Source of the DNA: an uncultured Clostridia bacterium
GTDB lineage: Bacteria > Bacillota > Clostridia > Christensenellales > Borkfalkiaceae
Direction of reading: 5' to 3'
NCBI GenBank assembly: GCA_964513195.1
Contig: CAZELQ010000001.1
Location: 1,990-65,989 of the forward strand
DNA length: 64,000 nucleotides
Shown here one piece after another: positions 17,997-26,036 of this stretch. The notes below the pieces were generated by a model. It saw nothing but the letters and a program-made list of their open reading frames with translations. It had not been told where the DNA came from and searched no databases. Position 1 is the stretch's first letter, and each line of letters opens with the position of its first letter. A program made the translations under genes and the position numbers.

Positions 17997-18811
17997 TTGA
18001 CGAAGAAAAATACGGAAAATTCGAATCTGAAGTTGATTACGATACGGTCTTGGACGATTTCGAGGGGCCGCTCGATCTTCTTTTGCACCTGATAAATATC
18101 AACAAGATAAACATAGAGGACATCTTTGTTTCACAGGTTACCGAACAGTTTTTAAACTATATCGAATATATGAAAACCCAGCCGTCGCGCGACGTCGATA
18201 AAGAGAGCGACTACCTTGCCATGGCGGCGCAGATAATCTATATAAAATCCAAATCGTTGGTCCCCGTCGTGGAAATCGACGGAGAGGAAATAGGCGGTGC
18301 GGACGAAGAACAGCAGGCGCTTATCGAACAGCTTAAGCAGCGTGAATTCGAGCTTATCAAGGAGCAGACGCCCAAGCTTAAAGACCTCGAAACTATCGGC
18401 TATTATTACAAAGAACCCGACAAAGAAATAAGTAAAGTAAAAGTCGTTTATAAAGACTTTAACGTGGACGCTCTTTTGCAGGCTTTTGCAAACCTGCTCT
18501 TAAGAAACGAGAGCCTTCAACGCGAAAAGGAAAACGTAAAGGAAATTCCCAAGGACGAATATACCGTTCACGACAAGGTTACTTATATTCGCGACAAGCT
18601 GTGCGAACGGGAAGAACTCGACTTCGAAGAACTGTTTACTACATATTCGAAGAGCGAAGTGATAACAACCTTTCAGGCTCTGTTGGAGATGCTCAAATTT
18701 CAATTTCTCCTAATCGAACAGGCCGAAACGTTCGGAAATATAAAAATAAAGCGCAATCCCGAAACAGACTTAAAGGATGTACATAATGAACAATTTGACG
18801 AATATAATTGA
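17993..18811 (+). CDS. scpA: Segregation and condensation protein A
   Basis: ATGA overlap with the upstream stop. FEGPLDLLLHLI is the hallmark ScpA N-terminus. Confidence 0.88.
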   Translation: MIDEEKYGKFESEVDYDTVLDDFEGPLDLLLHLININKINIEDIFVSQVTEQFLNYIEYMKTQPSRDVDKESDYLAMAAQIIYIKSKSLVPVVEIDGEEIGGADEEQQALIEQLKQREFELIKEQTPKLKDLETIGYYYKEPDKEISKVKVVYKDFNVDALLQAFANLLLRNESLQREKENVKEIPKDEYTVHDKVTYIRDKLCEREELDFEELFTTYSKSEVITTFQALLEMLKFQFLLIEQAETFGNIKIKRNPETDLKDVHNEQFDEYN

Positions 18812-19496
18812 GGGCATCGTATTTGCTTCCGGCGAGGCAGTGCCCGTAAAATACATAATAGAAAAATTCGGCTGTACGCTGAAAGAAGTAAACGCTTGCA
18901 TAGACCAACTGAAAAAGAAGTTCGGCGCCGAGAGCGGTATACATCTTCTGACGTTCAACGGAAAATTGCAGTTCGCCACCAACCCCGACTACCGGCAACA
19001 AATTTCCGACGTGCTTACGCCGATAAAAGAAAAAGAATTTACAAAGACGATATTGGAGTGCGCCGCACTTGTCGCATACAAACAACCCGTAACAAAGGGC
19101 GACCTCGAAGAGATAAGACAGGTTAACTGCGATTACGCCATACATACTCTTTTGGAAATAGGTATGATAGAGCCCTGCGGCAGAAAGGACGCAGTAGGTA
19201 AACCCATTTTATACGCAACGACGGACAACTTCCTCAAGAGATTCAAATTGAACTCTATCGACGATTTGCCGGATTACGACCAACTTATGGCGCAGATTGC
19301 CGAACTCAACGATACGATTCTGCGCGAGGAAGAGGGCGGAAATTATCTATATAAAAAGGACGAATATAACGCCGAAGAGGACGCGCCGCAGAATAAGGAA
19401 CAACCCAAAGAAGAGGTTAAACCCGTTTCTACAGAAGACGGTTACGAGCTGCCCGACTTTTTGAGCGGCGAGGAAAACGTAATTAAAATTAAGTAA
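18786..19496 (+). CDS. scpB: Segregation and condensation protein B
   Basis: AAAGGA SD 8 nt upstream of ATG 18786. IIEGIVFASGEAV and ECAALVAYKQPVTKGDLEEIR are typical; the tail is acidic. Confidence 0.9.
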   Translation: MNNLTNIIEGIVFASGEAVPVKYIIEKFGCTLKEVNACIDQLKKKFGAESGIHLLTFNGKLQFATNPDYRQQISDVLTPIKEKEFTKTILECAALVAYKQPVTKGDLEEIRQVNCDYAIHTLLEIGMIEPCGRKDAVGKPILYATTDNFLKRFKLNSIDDLPDYDQLMAQIAELNDTILREEEGGNYLYKKDEYNAEEDAPQNKEQPKEEVKPVSTEDGYELPDFLSGEENVIKIK

Positions 19497-19517
19497 ATTA
19501 ACCTTATAAATACAGTT

Positions 19518-19547
19518 CCGCACGTAAAAGCGTGCGGGCTTTTTTAT
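19518..19547 (+). terminator. Rho-independent terminator after scpB
   Basis: Stem CCGCACG, loop TAAAAG, stem CGTGCGG, then GCTTTTTTATT. Confidence 0.8.
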
Positions 19548-19585
19548 TACCGAATAATTATCCGGTTTTTACAGATAATAATCTT

Positions 19586-20113
19586 GTGAACGCACTCGTC
19601 TATGTTTCGGCAATAATTTTTGCCTTATCGATATTTCCCGTTCACCTGACAAATTACGTCTATCTTTCAACGACGGAAAACTACGCGAGCGTAAACGTAA
19701 CCCTTTACAGATACATCAGGATTTACAATGCGAATTCAAGCAGAAAGAAGATTGGGGACGATAAAGCGGGCGACGGACAGAAAAGCATAAACGTTTCCGA
19801 CTATACCGGTATCGATTTTCTTGCTATATACAATAAACTTTGTATTACGAAAATCGTCCAGCTCGGCGATTACGGGCTTATGAAAAACGCAAACGTTTAT
19901 GCGGCGCTTACCCAAAACGCGCTTACGCAGGCGTTATACGCGTTTGTCAGAATCAACGGCGGGAGAACAAAGCTGCGAAACTACTCTATACTGAACTACG
20001 AGCACGGAGATATAAACTACTACTTAAAACTGACGGGCGTTATTAACGCTATGTCGTTTTTAAAAATATTTTTAATTTATTTAATGGGGAAAAGAAATGA
20101 GCGTAAAACTTAA
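19586..20113 (+). CDS. YtfI-like sporulation-associated protein (DUF2953-like); start uncertain
   Basis: It lies directly upstream of, and overlaps, a YtfJ/GerW-like gene, as in the Bacillus ytfI-ytfJ pair. The N-terminal TM helix was judged by pattern only. The track start (19532) sits inside the scpB terminator, so GTG 19586 was chosen. Confidence 0.45.
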   Translation: MNALVYVSAIIFALSIFPVHLTNYVYLSTTENYASVNVTLYRYIRIYNANSSRKKIGDDKAGDGQKSINVSDYTGIDFLAIYNKLCITKIVQLGDYGLMKNANVYAALTQNALTQALYAFVRINGGRTKLRNYSILNYEHGDINYYLKLTGVINAMSFLKIFLIYLMGKRNERKT

Positions 20114-20477
20114 AAAAACACAGAAAGACACATCGAATTTTGAAAAACCTGCATTTTCTATCGATAAACTTGCCGACGCCAACACCGTAATAGGCGAATC
20201 GATAGTTACAGTGAGCGGCTCGCAGGTAATTCCGCTTTCTACGGTTACCGTTGTTAATTTAGGCGGCGGCGGAGAATACGGCGACGTAAAGACGTTCAGA
20301 GAGGCGGACGGCTTTAAACTCGCAGGCGGCAACGGCACGGTCGTCACGGTAAAGCCCAAGGGATTTCTGGTCGACGACGGCAAGGAATGCAAGCTTCTCA
20401 AAATGGAAGAGGGCGCGATAGATACGCTTATAGAAAAGACAGGGGAGTTAGTTCACAAAATTTCCGACAATGTTTAA
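20097..20477 (+). CDS. ytfJ: Sporulation protein YtfJ (GerW family)
   Basis: GESIVTVSGSQVIPLSTVTVVNLGGGGEYG...GNGTVVTVKPKGFLV is the GerW/YtfJ signature pattern. Confidence 0.8.
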   Translation: MSVKLKKTQKDTSNFEKPAFSIDKLADANTVIGESIVTVSGSQVIPLSTVTVVNLGGGGEYGDVKTFREADGFKLAGGNGTVVTVKPKGFLVDDGKECKLLKMEEGAIDTLIEKTGELVHKISDNV

Positions 20478-21480
20478 ACGATTAAGCGTTATAATTACTT
20501 TGTCGCTGTTTGCGTGCGCAATGATAATTTTGCCCGTTTTGCCGATAAAATCGTACGCAAACGCCGACGGTAAGGCAGAAATTGCAATGGAGCTGAACAG
20601 CGGTACGGTCTTTTACGAAAAGAATGCCGACCAAAAGCTACCCATGGCCAGCACTACGAAAATTATGACGGCGCTCATTATCGCCGAAGAGTGCGAACTT
20701 GACCAAACGATAACGGTACCCGACGAAGCGGTCGGCATAGAGGGCTCCAGCATATATTTAAAACACGGCGAACAGATTTCCGTAAAGGATTTGCTGTACG
20801 GCCTCATGCTGCGTTCGGGAAACGACGCGGCGTGCGCGCTTGCCATTCATTGCAGCGGCAGTATAGACGGTTTCGTCGAAAAGATGAACAAGAGAGCCGA
20901 AGAGCTCGGCGCAAACGACACACATTTCGTCAATCCGAACGGCCTGCCTGCCGAGGGGCACTATACGACGGCAAGAGATTTATGCAATATAGCGCGCTAC
21001 GCCATGCAAAACCAAACCTTCCGCACGGTTGTTTCCACTAAAAATTATAGCGGCGAATATAAAAATTTCACCAATAAGAATAAGCTTTTGAATACTCTCG
21101 ACGGCGCGAACGGCGTTAAGACGGGCTATACCGAAAAAGCCGGAAGATGCCTCGTTTCTTCGGCCGGAAGAGATAACATGGACGTCGTATGCGTCGTTTT
21201 GAATTGCTATGATATGTGGGAAAGAAGCGCTGCGATTATAGACGACTGCTTTAATAAATTCTCGGTCGAGGCTATAGAAAAAGACAGGGTATTCGAATAT
21301 AACGGAAAGAGCCTGACTCTCGGGGAAAATTGCTTCGTAACCGCCGAAAAAGACAAAGAGCTCGAATATAGAATAACGTCGGTCGGACGTCAAAGCGACG
21401 GCGCGGAGGCCGAACTTAAAATATTTTGCGAAAATAACTTGATTTTCAGTCATAATTTGTATACTATTTTAGATAGATAA
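20470..21480 (+). CDS. D-alanyl-D-alanine carboxypeptidase (S11, DacB/DacF-like)
   Basis: Signal peptide, MASTTKIMT (SxxK), RSGNDAA (SxN) and KTGYT (KTG). Confidence 0.88.
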   Translation: MFKRLSVIITLSLFACAMIILPVLPIKSYANADGKAEIAMELNSGTVFYEKNADQKLPMASTTKIMTALIIAEECELDQTITVPDEAVGIEGSSIYLKHGEQISVKDLLYGLMLRSGNDAACALAIHCSGSIDGFVEKMNKRAEELGANDTHFVNPNGLPAEGHYTTARDLCNIARYAMQNQTFRTVVSTKNYSGEYKNFTNKNKLLNTLDGANGVKTGYTEKAGRCLVSSAGRDNMDVVCVVLNCYDMWERSAAIIDDCFNKFSVEAIEKDRVFEYNGKSLTLGENCFVTAEKDKELEYRITSVGRQSDGAEAELKIFCENNLIFSHNLYTILDR

Positions 21481-21502
21481 TATTTAAAAGCAGAATACGG
21501 AA

Positions 21503-22201
21503 ATGAGAATTAACAGATACCTTGCCGCGTGCGGGGTGGCCTCGCGCAGGGAGTGCGACAAACTTATAGAAAACGGTGCCGTTACGGTAAACGGCAAGCT
21601 CGCGCAGTTGGGCGCCGACGTGGAAGAGGGAGATACCGTCTGCGTGAACGGCAAAACGGTTTCGGTTAAAAAGAACGATTATTATATTCTTAATAAACCC
21701 AAAGGGTATTTATGTACTGTGAAGGACGATAAGGGGCGCAAGACCGTTATGGACTTAATGCCCGAAAACGTCGGAAGAATTTACCCCGTCGGCAGGCTCG
21801 ACTACGACAGCGAGGGGCTTTTGATTCTGACTACCGACGGAAATTTAGCCCAACACTTGACCCACCCGTCCAATCAGGTACCCAAGACCTATCTGGTTAA
21901 AGTCGAGGGAACGCTGACCGAAACGGCGTTAAACCCCATAAGAAGCGGTATCGATATCGGCGGTTACGTCACTAAAAAATGTAAGGCGCACATCGTCGAA
22001 ACGAACAAGGCCTACACAAAGGTGCACGTGACTATTACCGAGGGCAAGAACAGGGAAGTAAGAAAGATGTTCGAGGCAATCGGAAAAGAGGTAACGTTGT
22101 TGAAGCGCATAAAGGTGGGCGACCTTACGCTTAAGGGGCTTGACCGCGGTGCATACCGAAAATTGACGGCGGAAGAGGTAGCGTACTTATTTTCGATATA
22201 A
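21503..22201 (+). CDS. rluB: rRNA pseudouridine synthase (RsuA/RluB family)
   Basis: N-terminal S4 domain (RINRYLAACGVASRRECDKLI) and the catalytic GRLDYDSEGLL motif. Confidence 0.88.
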   Translation: MRINRYLAACGVASRRECDKLIENGAVTVNGKLAQLGADVEEGDTVCVNGKTVSVKKNDYYILNKPKGYLCTVKDDKGRKTVMDLMPENVGRIYPVGRLDYDSEGLLILTTDGNLAQHLTHPSNQVPKTYLVKVEGTLTETALNPIRSGIDIGGYVTKKCKAHIVETNKAYTKVHVTITEGKNREVRKMFEAIGKEVTLLKRIKVGDLTLKGLDRGAYRKLTAEEVAYLFSI

Positions 22202-22240
22202 AAAAGAATCGGCAGGTTTTTAACTGCCGATTCTTTTTAT
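22201..22240. terminator. Bidirectional terminator at the convergence of the + and - gene blocks
   Basis: Stem AAGAATCGGCAG, 8-nt loop, stem CTGCCGATTCTT, flanked by an A-run on the left and a T-run on the right. It lies between rluB (+) and lexA (-). Confidence 0.85.
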
Positions 22241-22244
22241 TTAG

Positions 22245-22838
22245 TTACATACTTCTTATCAGTCCTACGACCTTGCCCAATATTGTAATATCGTCGAACA
22301 CAAAGTCTTCCATATCGTCGTTTTCGGGGTGAAGAATAAATTTGCCGTCCCGCTTATAATAGCGCTTCACCGTAGCGCTGTCGCCGACCAACGCGACGAC
22401 GATTTCGCCGTTTTCCGCAGTTTCCTGTTTTTTGACTACTATTTTATCGCCGTTGAACATACCGATTTTAATCATACTGTCGCCCTGAACGTTCAGCATA
22501 AACAAATCGTCGCTGCCGAAAAGGTTTGTAGGCACGGAGAAAAAATCCTCGTAATTTTCCTGTGCGAAAATGGGCTCGCCCGCGGCAACCGTACCAATGA
22601 GCGGAATTTTAACCGCCCTTTGGTTTATTGAACAGGTGCGCCGCTTGTTGGACCCGACTTTGGATTTAGTTATATAGCCCTTGTCGGCAAGCTCGTTCAT
22701 AATGGCGAAGCACGAGGCGGTAGAGGGAATATCGCAGCCGGCGCAGATTTCCCTGACTGAGGGGGAATAACCGTTTTCGGTCATATACTTTTCGATAAAG
22801 GCAAGAACCTGTGCCTCACGCATTTCGTTTTTCTTCAT
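22245..22838 (-). CDS. lexA: SOS repressor LexA
   Basis: Start at MKKNEM with a GGTGAG SD. It has a winged HTH, the VAAG cleavage site, GDSM (Ser) and KR (Lys) of the S24 peptidase. Confidence 0.93.
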   Translation of the reverse strand: MKKNEMREAQVLAFIEKYMTENGYSPSVREICAGCDIPSTASCFAIMNELADKGYITKSKVGSNKRRTCSINQRAVKIPLIGTVAAGEPIFAQENYEDFFSVPTNLFGSDDLFMLNVQGDSMIKIGMFNGDKIVVKKQETAENGEIVVALVGDSATVKRYYKRDGKFILHPENDDMEDFVFDDITILGKVVGLIRSM

Positions 22839-22891
22839 TTTACACACTCACCGAGTTTTCTTTCAGTATAACATATAAAAAAATAAAAATC

Positions 22892-22903
22892 AAACTTTTG
22901 TTT
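22892..22903. promoter_or_regulatory. Degenerate SOS-box-like palindrome overlapping the lexA -35
   Basis: AAACTTTTGTTT matches 6 of 8 positions of GAAC-N4-GTTC. On the minus strand it overlaps TTGATT, which with a 17-nt spacer and TATACT forms the lexA promoter. Confidence 0.35.
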
Positions 22904-22915
22904 AATAAATTTCTG

Positions 22916-22944
22916 TTGAAATTATATTTGTTTTCAATTATAAT
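22916..22944 (+). promoter_or_regulatory. SigA-type promoter of the Cys-rich ORF, divergent from lexA
   Basis: TTGAAA (22916-22921), 17 nt, TATAAT (22939-22944), followed by an AGGAGA SD 7 nt before the ATG. Confidence 0.6.
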
Positions 22945-22964
22945 AATCTGCAGGAGATAAAACT

Positions 22965-23150
22965 ATGAATTTAGGCGGCGAATGTATATTGGACGACGGC
23001 AAAATCTGCGACGGGTGCGGAGAGTGCGAGGTCTGCGACCTTGACAGAAACAAGAAGTGCGACAACTGCGGAAAATGCCTCGATATACGCGACGACGCAG
23101 TAATAAAAATCGATAAAATCATATTAGATAACGACGGCAATGTTGAATAG
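22965..23150 (+). CDS. Small cysteine-rich protein (61 aa, 8 Cys), function unknown
   Basis: It has a strong promoter and SD. The motif is C-x7-CxxCxxCxxC-x7-CxxCxxC. There is no TM segment and the C-terminus is acidic. Confidence 0.6.
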   Translation: MNLGGECILDDGKICDGCGECEVCDLDRNKKCDNCGKCLDIRDDAVIKIDKIILDNDGNVE

Positions 23151-23159
23151 CGTAGGCAC

Positions 23160-24218
23160 TTAATCGTCGTCGCGCTTCAGCTTAACCTTGCCGACTACGG
23201 AACGGCGCGTGTCTTCGCTTATCGCCGCGTAGTGTTTTCTTGTAGTATTCACGTCCTTGTGCCCCAAAACGTCGGCCACGATATAAATATCGCCCGTCGC
23301 CTTGTAAAGCTGCGTACCGTAGGTAGAACGCAGTTTGTGCGGCGAAATCTTTTTTAAGGGAGATACGATTTTCGCGTACTTTTCAACGAGGTTTTCAACC
23401 GCTCTGACGGTAATTCTGCGCTTTTGCGAGGAGAGGAAGAGCGCCCCGCCGTCGCAACCTGTCAAATCGGTTTCCTCTTTGTAGTCGAGGTAGCGTTGCA
23501 GCGCGGCCGCGACGTCGTCGTCGAAAAAGAGTATCGATTTACTGCCGCCCTTACGCGTTACTACAAAGGAATTATCTTTGAAATTTATATCGCCGTCGTT
23601 AAGGCCGACAAGCTCGCTTATACGAATACCCGTGCCGAGAAATAAGGTAATTATCGCGGTGTCGCGCACTTTGGCTTTTTCATGGTAGGCGCGTTGGCGG
23701 GGTGTAAGCCCGTTGCCGCTCTCGGCGGTATCTATAATATTGAAAACCTCGTTGCCGTCCAGCCTGATTATAGGCTTTTCGTGCAGCTTGGGAGTGGCAA
23801 CCTTGGCGGAATTGTCCACCGAAATTTTGCCCTTGTTGAAGAAGTATTTAAACATTGCGCGGATTGAGGAAAGCTTCCGTGCCTTAGCGCGTTCGTTGCA
23901 GGTATGCGATACCCCGCCGAATTCATAGTGTGAGAGGTATACCAAAAAATATTCGATATCGTTGTTGGAAACGCTTTCCAAGTCTTCGAGCGTAAGTTCT
24001 TTTACCGTTTTCTTTCCGTTAAAACGCTTTTCGCACAGGAAATTGAAAAAAATCTTTAAATCGTGCGCGTAATTAAGTCTTGTAAGGGTGGAGGTAAGGC
24101 TGTCAATCGCCAGAAAATAATCGAGGCAGAAGGCAGGCAAATCCTCTTCCAAAAGTCGGCTGATTGTTTCTATATTCTTATTGTTTCTTTGAGTGTAGTA
24201 GTCGGCATTTGTTTTCAT
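23160..24218 (-). CDS. Tyrosine site-specific recombinase (Xer-like, 352 aa)
   Basis: GTGIRISELVGL (Arg I), VTRKGGS (Lys), SPHKLRST (HxxR), LGHKD (His) and RKHYA (Tyr). It has a long N-terminal core-binding domain. Confidence 0.9.
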   Translation of the reverse strand: MKTNADYYTQRNNKNIETISRLLEEDLPAFCLDYFLAIDSLTSTLTRLNYAHDLKIFFNFLCEKRFNGKKTVKELTLEDLESVSNNDIEYFLVYLSHYEFGGVSHTCNERAKARKLSSIRAMFKYFFNKGKISVDNSAKVATPKLHEKPIIRLDGNEVFNIIDTAESGNGLTPRQRAYHEKAKVRDTAIITLFLGTGIRISELVGLNDGDINFKDNSFVVTRKGGSKSILFFDDDVAAALQRYLDYKEETDLTGCDGGALFLSSQKRRITVRAVENLVEKYAKIVSPLKKISPHKLRSTYGTQLYKATGDIYIVADVLGHKDVNTTRKHYAAISEDTRRSVVGKVKLKRDDD

Positions 24219-24259
24219 AATTAAATTTTACACCTATAGCATACAAAAAGTCAATCGCA

Positions 24260-24272
24260 TTTTACGAATAAT
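24260..24272 (+). repeat. Direct copy of the right arm of the 24413-24440 palindrome
   Basis: TTTTACGAATAAT is identical to 24430-24442. Confidence 0.8.
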
Positions 24273-24412
24273 TATAACGTTTAAAAACGTTTATTTATTA
24301 TAACGTAACCGATAACTTCAATAGCGGCGGCAGTGGTGTGAACGAAGTAAATAAATCGATTGTAAACGTGTATGGTAGCGGGTATAGTGGCGGGGTTAAA
24401 AGTATATTTAAC

Positions 24413-24440
24413 TATTCGTAAAACACAGCTTTTACGAATA
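24413..24440. other. Candidate dif-like / recombinase core site (perfect 11-6-11 inverted repeat)
   Basis: TATTCGTAAAA, CACAGC, TTTTACGAATA. The arms are exact reverse complements. The site lies 194 bp upstream of the recombinase gene in a 418-bp non-coding gap. Confidence 0.45.
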
Positions 24441-24574
24441 ATAAGGCTAAAAAACGAGTTTATAATAGGGAATTGCTCGGCTGATTATCGGATTTTTCTA
24501 TAATACGGCGAAAAATTACTTAAATTTAAGTATTTTACGTAAATTTCAATCTTAATTTCCGTTTTAAAATTTAA

Positions 24575-24600
24575 AGGCGTTTGCCATTGTACAAACGCCT
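24575..24600 (-). terminator. Terminator hairpin downstream of hisIE
   Basis: Stem AGGCGTTTG, 8-nt loop, stem CAAACGCCT, 37 nt past the hisIE stop. The flanks are T/A-rich on both sides. Confidence 0.65.
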
Positions 24601-24636
24601 GTTTTACGGTATTATGTCTGACATAATATCTCCGGA

Positions 24637-25284
24637 TCAGACCATTTTCTGTTGTTTTACCTTATGGTCGATAATGTGCCTTTTGGCAAGCTCGCTTTTA
24701 ATCTCCTGCGGCGTTATATTCATTTCGGCCATTAAAACCATAACGTGATACGCAAGGTCGGCAATCTCGTAAACCGTTTCGGCCTTGTCGCCGCCCTTGC
24801 CGGCAACGATAACCTCGGTGCTTTCTTCCCCGACCTTTTTTAAAATTTTGTCTATTCCGTTCTGAAAAAGATAGCTTGTGTAAGAGCCCTCGGGTAATTC
24901 GCTTTTTCTCTGCATAAGCAAGTCGTACAAGCCCTGGAAGGAAAAACTTCGATATTCGTCGTTTGCGTAAAGTTCATTGGTAAAACAGCTGTCCGTTCCG
25001 AGATGACATGCAGGACCGTCTTTGATAACGTTTACGGTCAACGCGTCAAAATCGCAGTCGGCGGTTATCGAAACAATGTGCTGAAAGTTCCCGCTGGTTT
25101 CGCCCTTGCGCCAAAGCTTCTGTCTGCTGCGCGAAAAGAAACACGTCTTTCCCTCGTTAAGGCTGATTTCCAGACTTTCGCGGTTCATATAGGCGAGCGT
25201 CAATACGCGGCCTGAATAAAAGTCGGTCACAACCGCGGGAATCAACCCATTTTCGTCAAACTTGAGCTTATTTATATCAATCAT
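24637..25284 (-). CDS. hisIE: Bifunctional phosphoribosyl-AMP cyclohydrolase / phosphoribosyl-ATP pyrophosphatase
   Basis: The HisI region (GLIPAVVTD, FFSRSRQKLWRKGETSG) is fused to the HisE region (EESTEV...EIADLAYHVMVLM). Confidence 0.92.
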   Translation of the reverse strand: MIDINKLKFDENGLIPAVVTDFYSGRVLTLAYMNRESLEISLNEGKTCFFSRSRQKLWRKGETSGNFQHIVSITADCDFDALTVNVIKDGPACHLGTDSCFTNELYANDEYRSFSFQGLYDLLMQRKSELPEGSYTSYLFQNGIDKILKKVGEESTEVIVAGKGGDKAETVYEIADLAYHVMVLMAEMNITPQEIKSELAKRHIIDHKVKQQKMV

Positions 25285-26036
25285 AATCTTACCTCGATTT
25301 TGTTGTTTTTAAGCTGTTTTTTAAGATTTTCTATGGAAATTTCCTTAAAATGAAACACTGAAGCGCCTAAACCGGCGTCACATTCGGTTCGGGTGAAAAG
25401 CGTAATAAAATCTTCTATGCACCCGGCGCCGCCGCTGGCAATTACGGGCACCTTGACCGCCTGACAGACTCGGTTAAGAAGCCCTAAATCAAAGCCTTTT
25501 TTAACGCCGTCCGTATCGATACTGTTTACTACAATCTCTCCGGCGCCGCTTTTTTCGGCAAAGGCCGCCCATTCTATTGCGTCGAGACCTGTAGGAATTC
25601 TGCCGCCTTTCGAATAAACTTTATAGCCGTTTCCGGTAAGCTTTACGTCCATTGACAGCACGACGCATTGGTTGCCGTATTTATTGGCCGCACGCTCGAT
25701 AAGCGACGGATCGGCGATGGCGCCACTGTTCACGCTTACTTTGTCTGCGCCGCACTTTAAAACGCGGTCGAAATCTTCCAATGTGTTGATGCCGCCGCCG
25801 ACCGTAAGCGGAATAAAAACTTTTTCGGCAACTTTTCTCAAGACGTCGCAAAAAAGTCCGCGTCCCTCCGCGCTGGCCGTAATATCGTAAAAAACAAGCT
25901 CGTCCGCGCCGCTGTCGGAATAAAACGCCGCAAGCTCTACGGGGTCGTTTACGTCCCTTAAGCTTGTAAAATTAGTACCTTTAACGACCCTGCCGTCCTT
26001 GACGTCAAGGCAGGGTATAATTCTTTTAGCTAACAT
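25281..26036 (-). CDS. hisF: Imidazole glycerol phosphate synthase cyclase subunit
   Basis: KRIIPCLDVKDGRVVKG and GAGEIVVNSIDTDG are typical of HisF. Confidence 0.93.
   Translation of the reverse strand: MLAKRIIPCLDVKDGRVVKGTNFTSLRDVNDPVELAAFYSDSGADELVFYDITASAEGRGLFCDVLRKVAEKVFIPLTVGGGINTLEDFDRVLKCGADKVSVNSGAIADPSLIERAANKYGNQCVVLSMDVKLTGNGYKVYSKGGRIPTGLDAIEWAAFAEKSGAGEIVVNSIDTDGVKKGFDLGLLNRVCQAVKVPVIASGGAGCIEDFITLFTRTECDAGLGASVFHFKEISIENLKKQLKNNKIEVRL

Noticed and set aside
22965-23150. The Cys-rich ORF as a SCIFF-type (six-cysteines-in-forty-five) radical-SAM-modified peptide, because of the shared GCGEC motif.
   Set aside because: There is no radical SAM maturase nearby. The Cys cluster is in the N-terminal half rather than the C-terminus. 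The peptide is longer and has an acidic tail.
24278-24421. A Gly-rich open frame (...NSGGSGVNEVNKSIVNVYGSGYSGGVKSIFNYS) and a 43-codon ORF (24372-24503) in the gap between the recombinase and the his operon.
   Set aside because: The first has no ATG, GTG or TTG start with an SD. The second has an ATG but no SD and an implausible composition. Both run across the palindrome. They are treated as non-coding.
24615-24628. The 14-nt sequence TGTCTGACATAATA is repeated at 26189-26202, and the first copy sits in an 8-1-8 inverted repeat ATTATGTC-T-GACATAAT.
   Set aside because: In 64 kb, several exact 14-mer coincidences are expected by chance (about 64000^2/2 divided by 4^14, i.e. several). The second copy is inside the hisA coding sequence. 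There is no supporting context.
23160-24636. The recombinase as part of a prophage, ICE or transposon.
   Set aside because: No phage, conjugation or transposase genes flank it; its neighbours are lexA and the his operon. There is no tRNA target and no long direct repeats. The only repeats are the short half-sites discussed in the findings.
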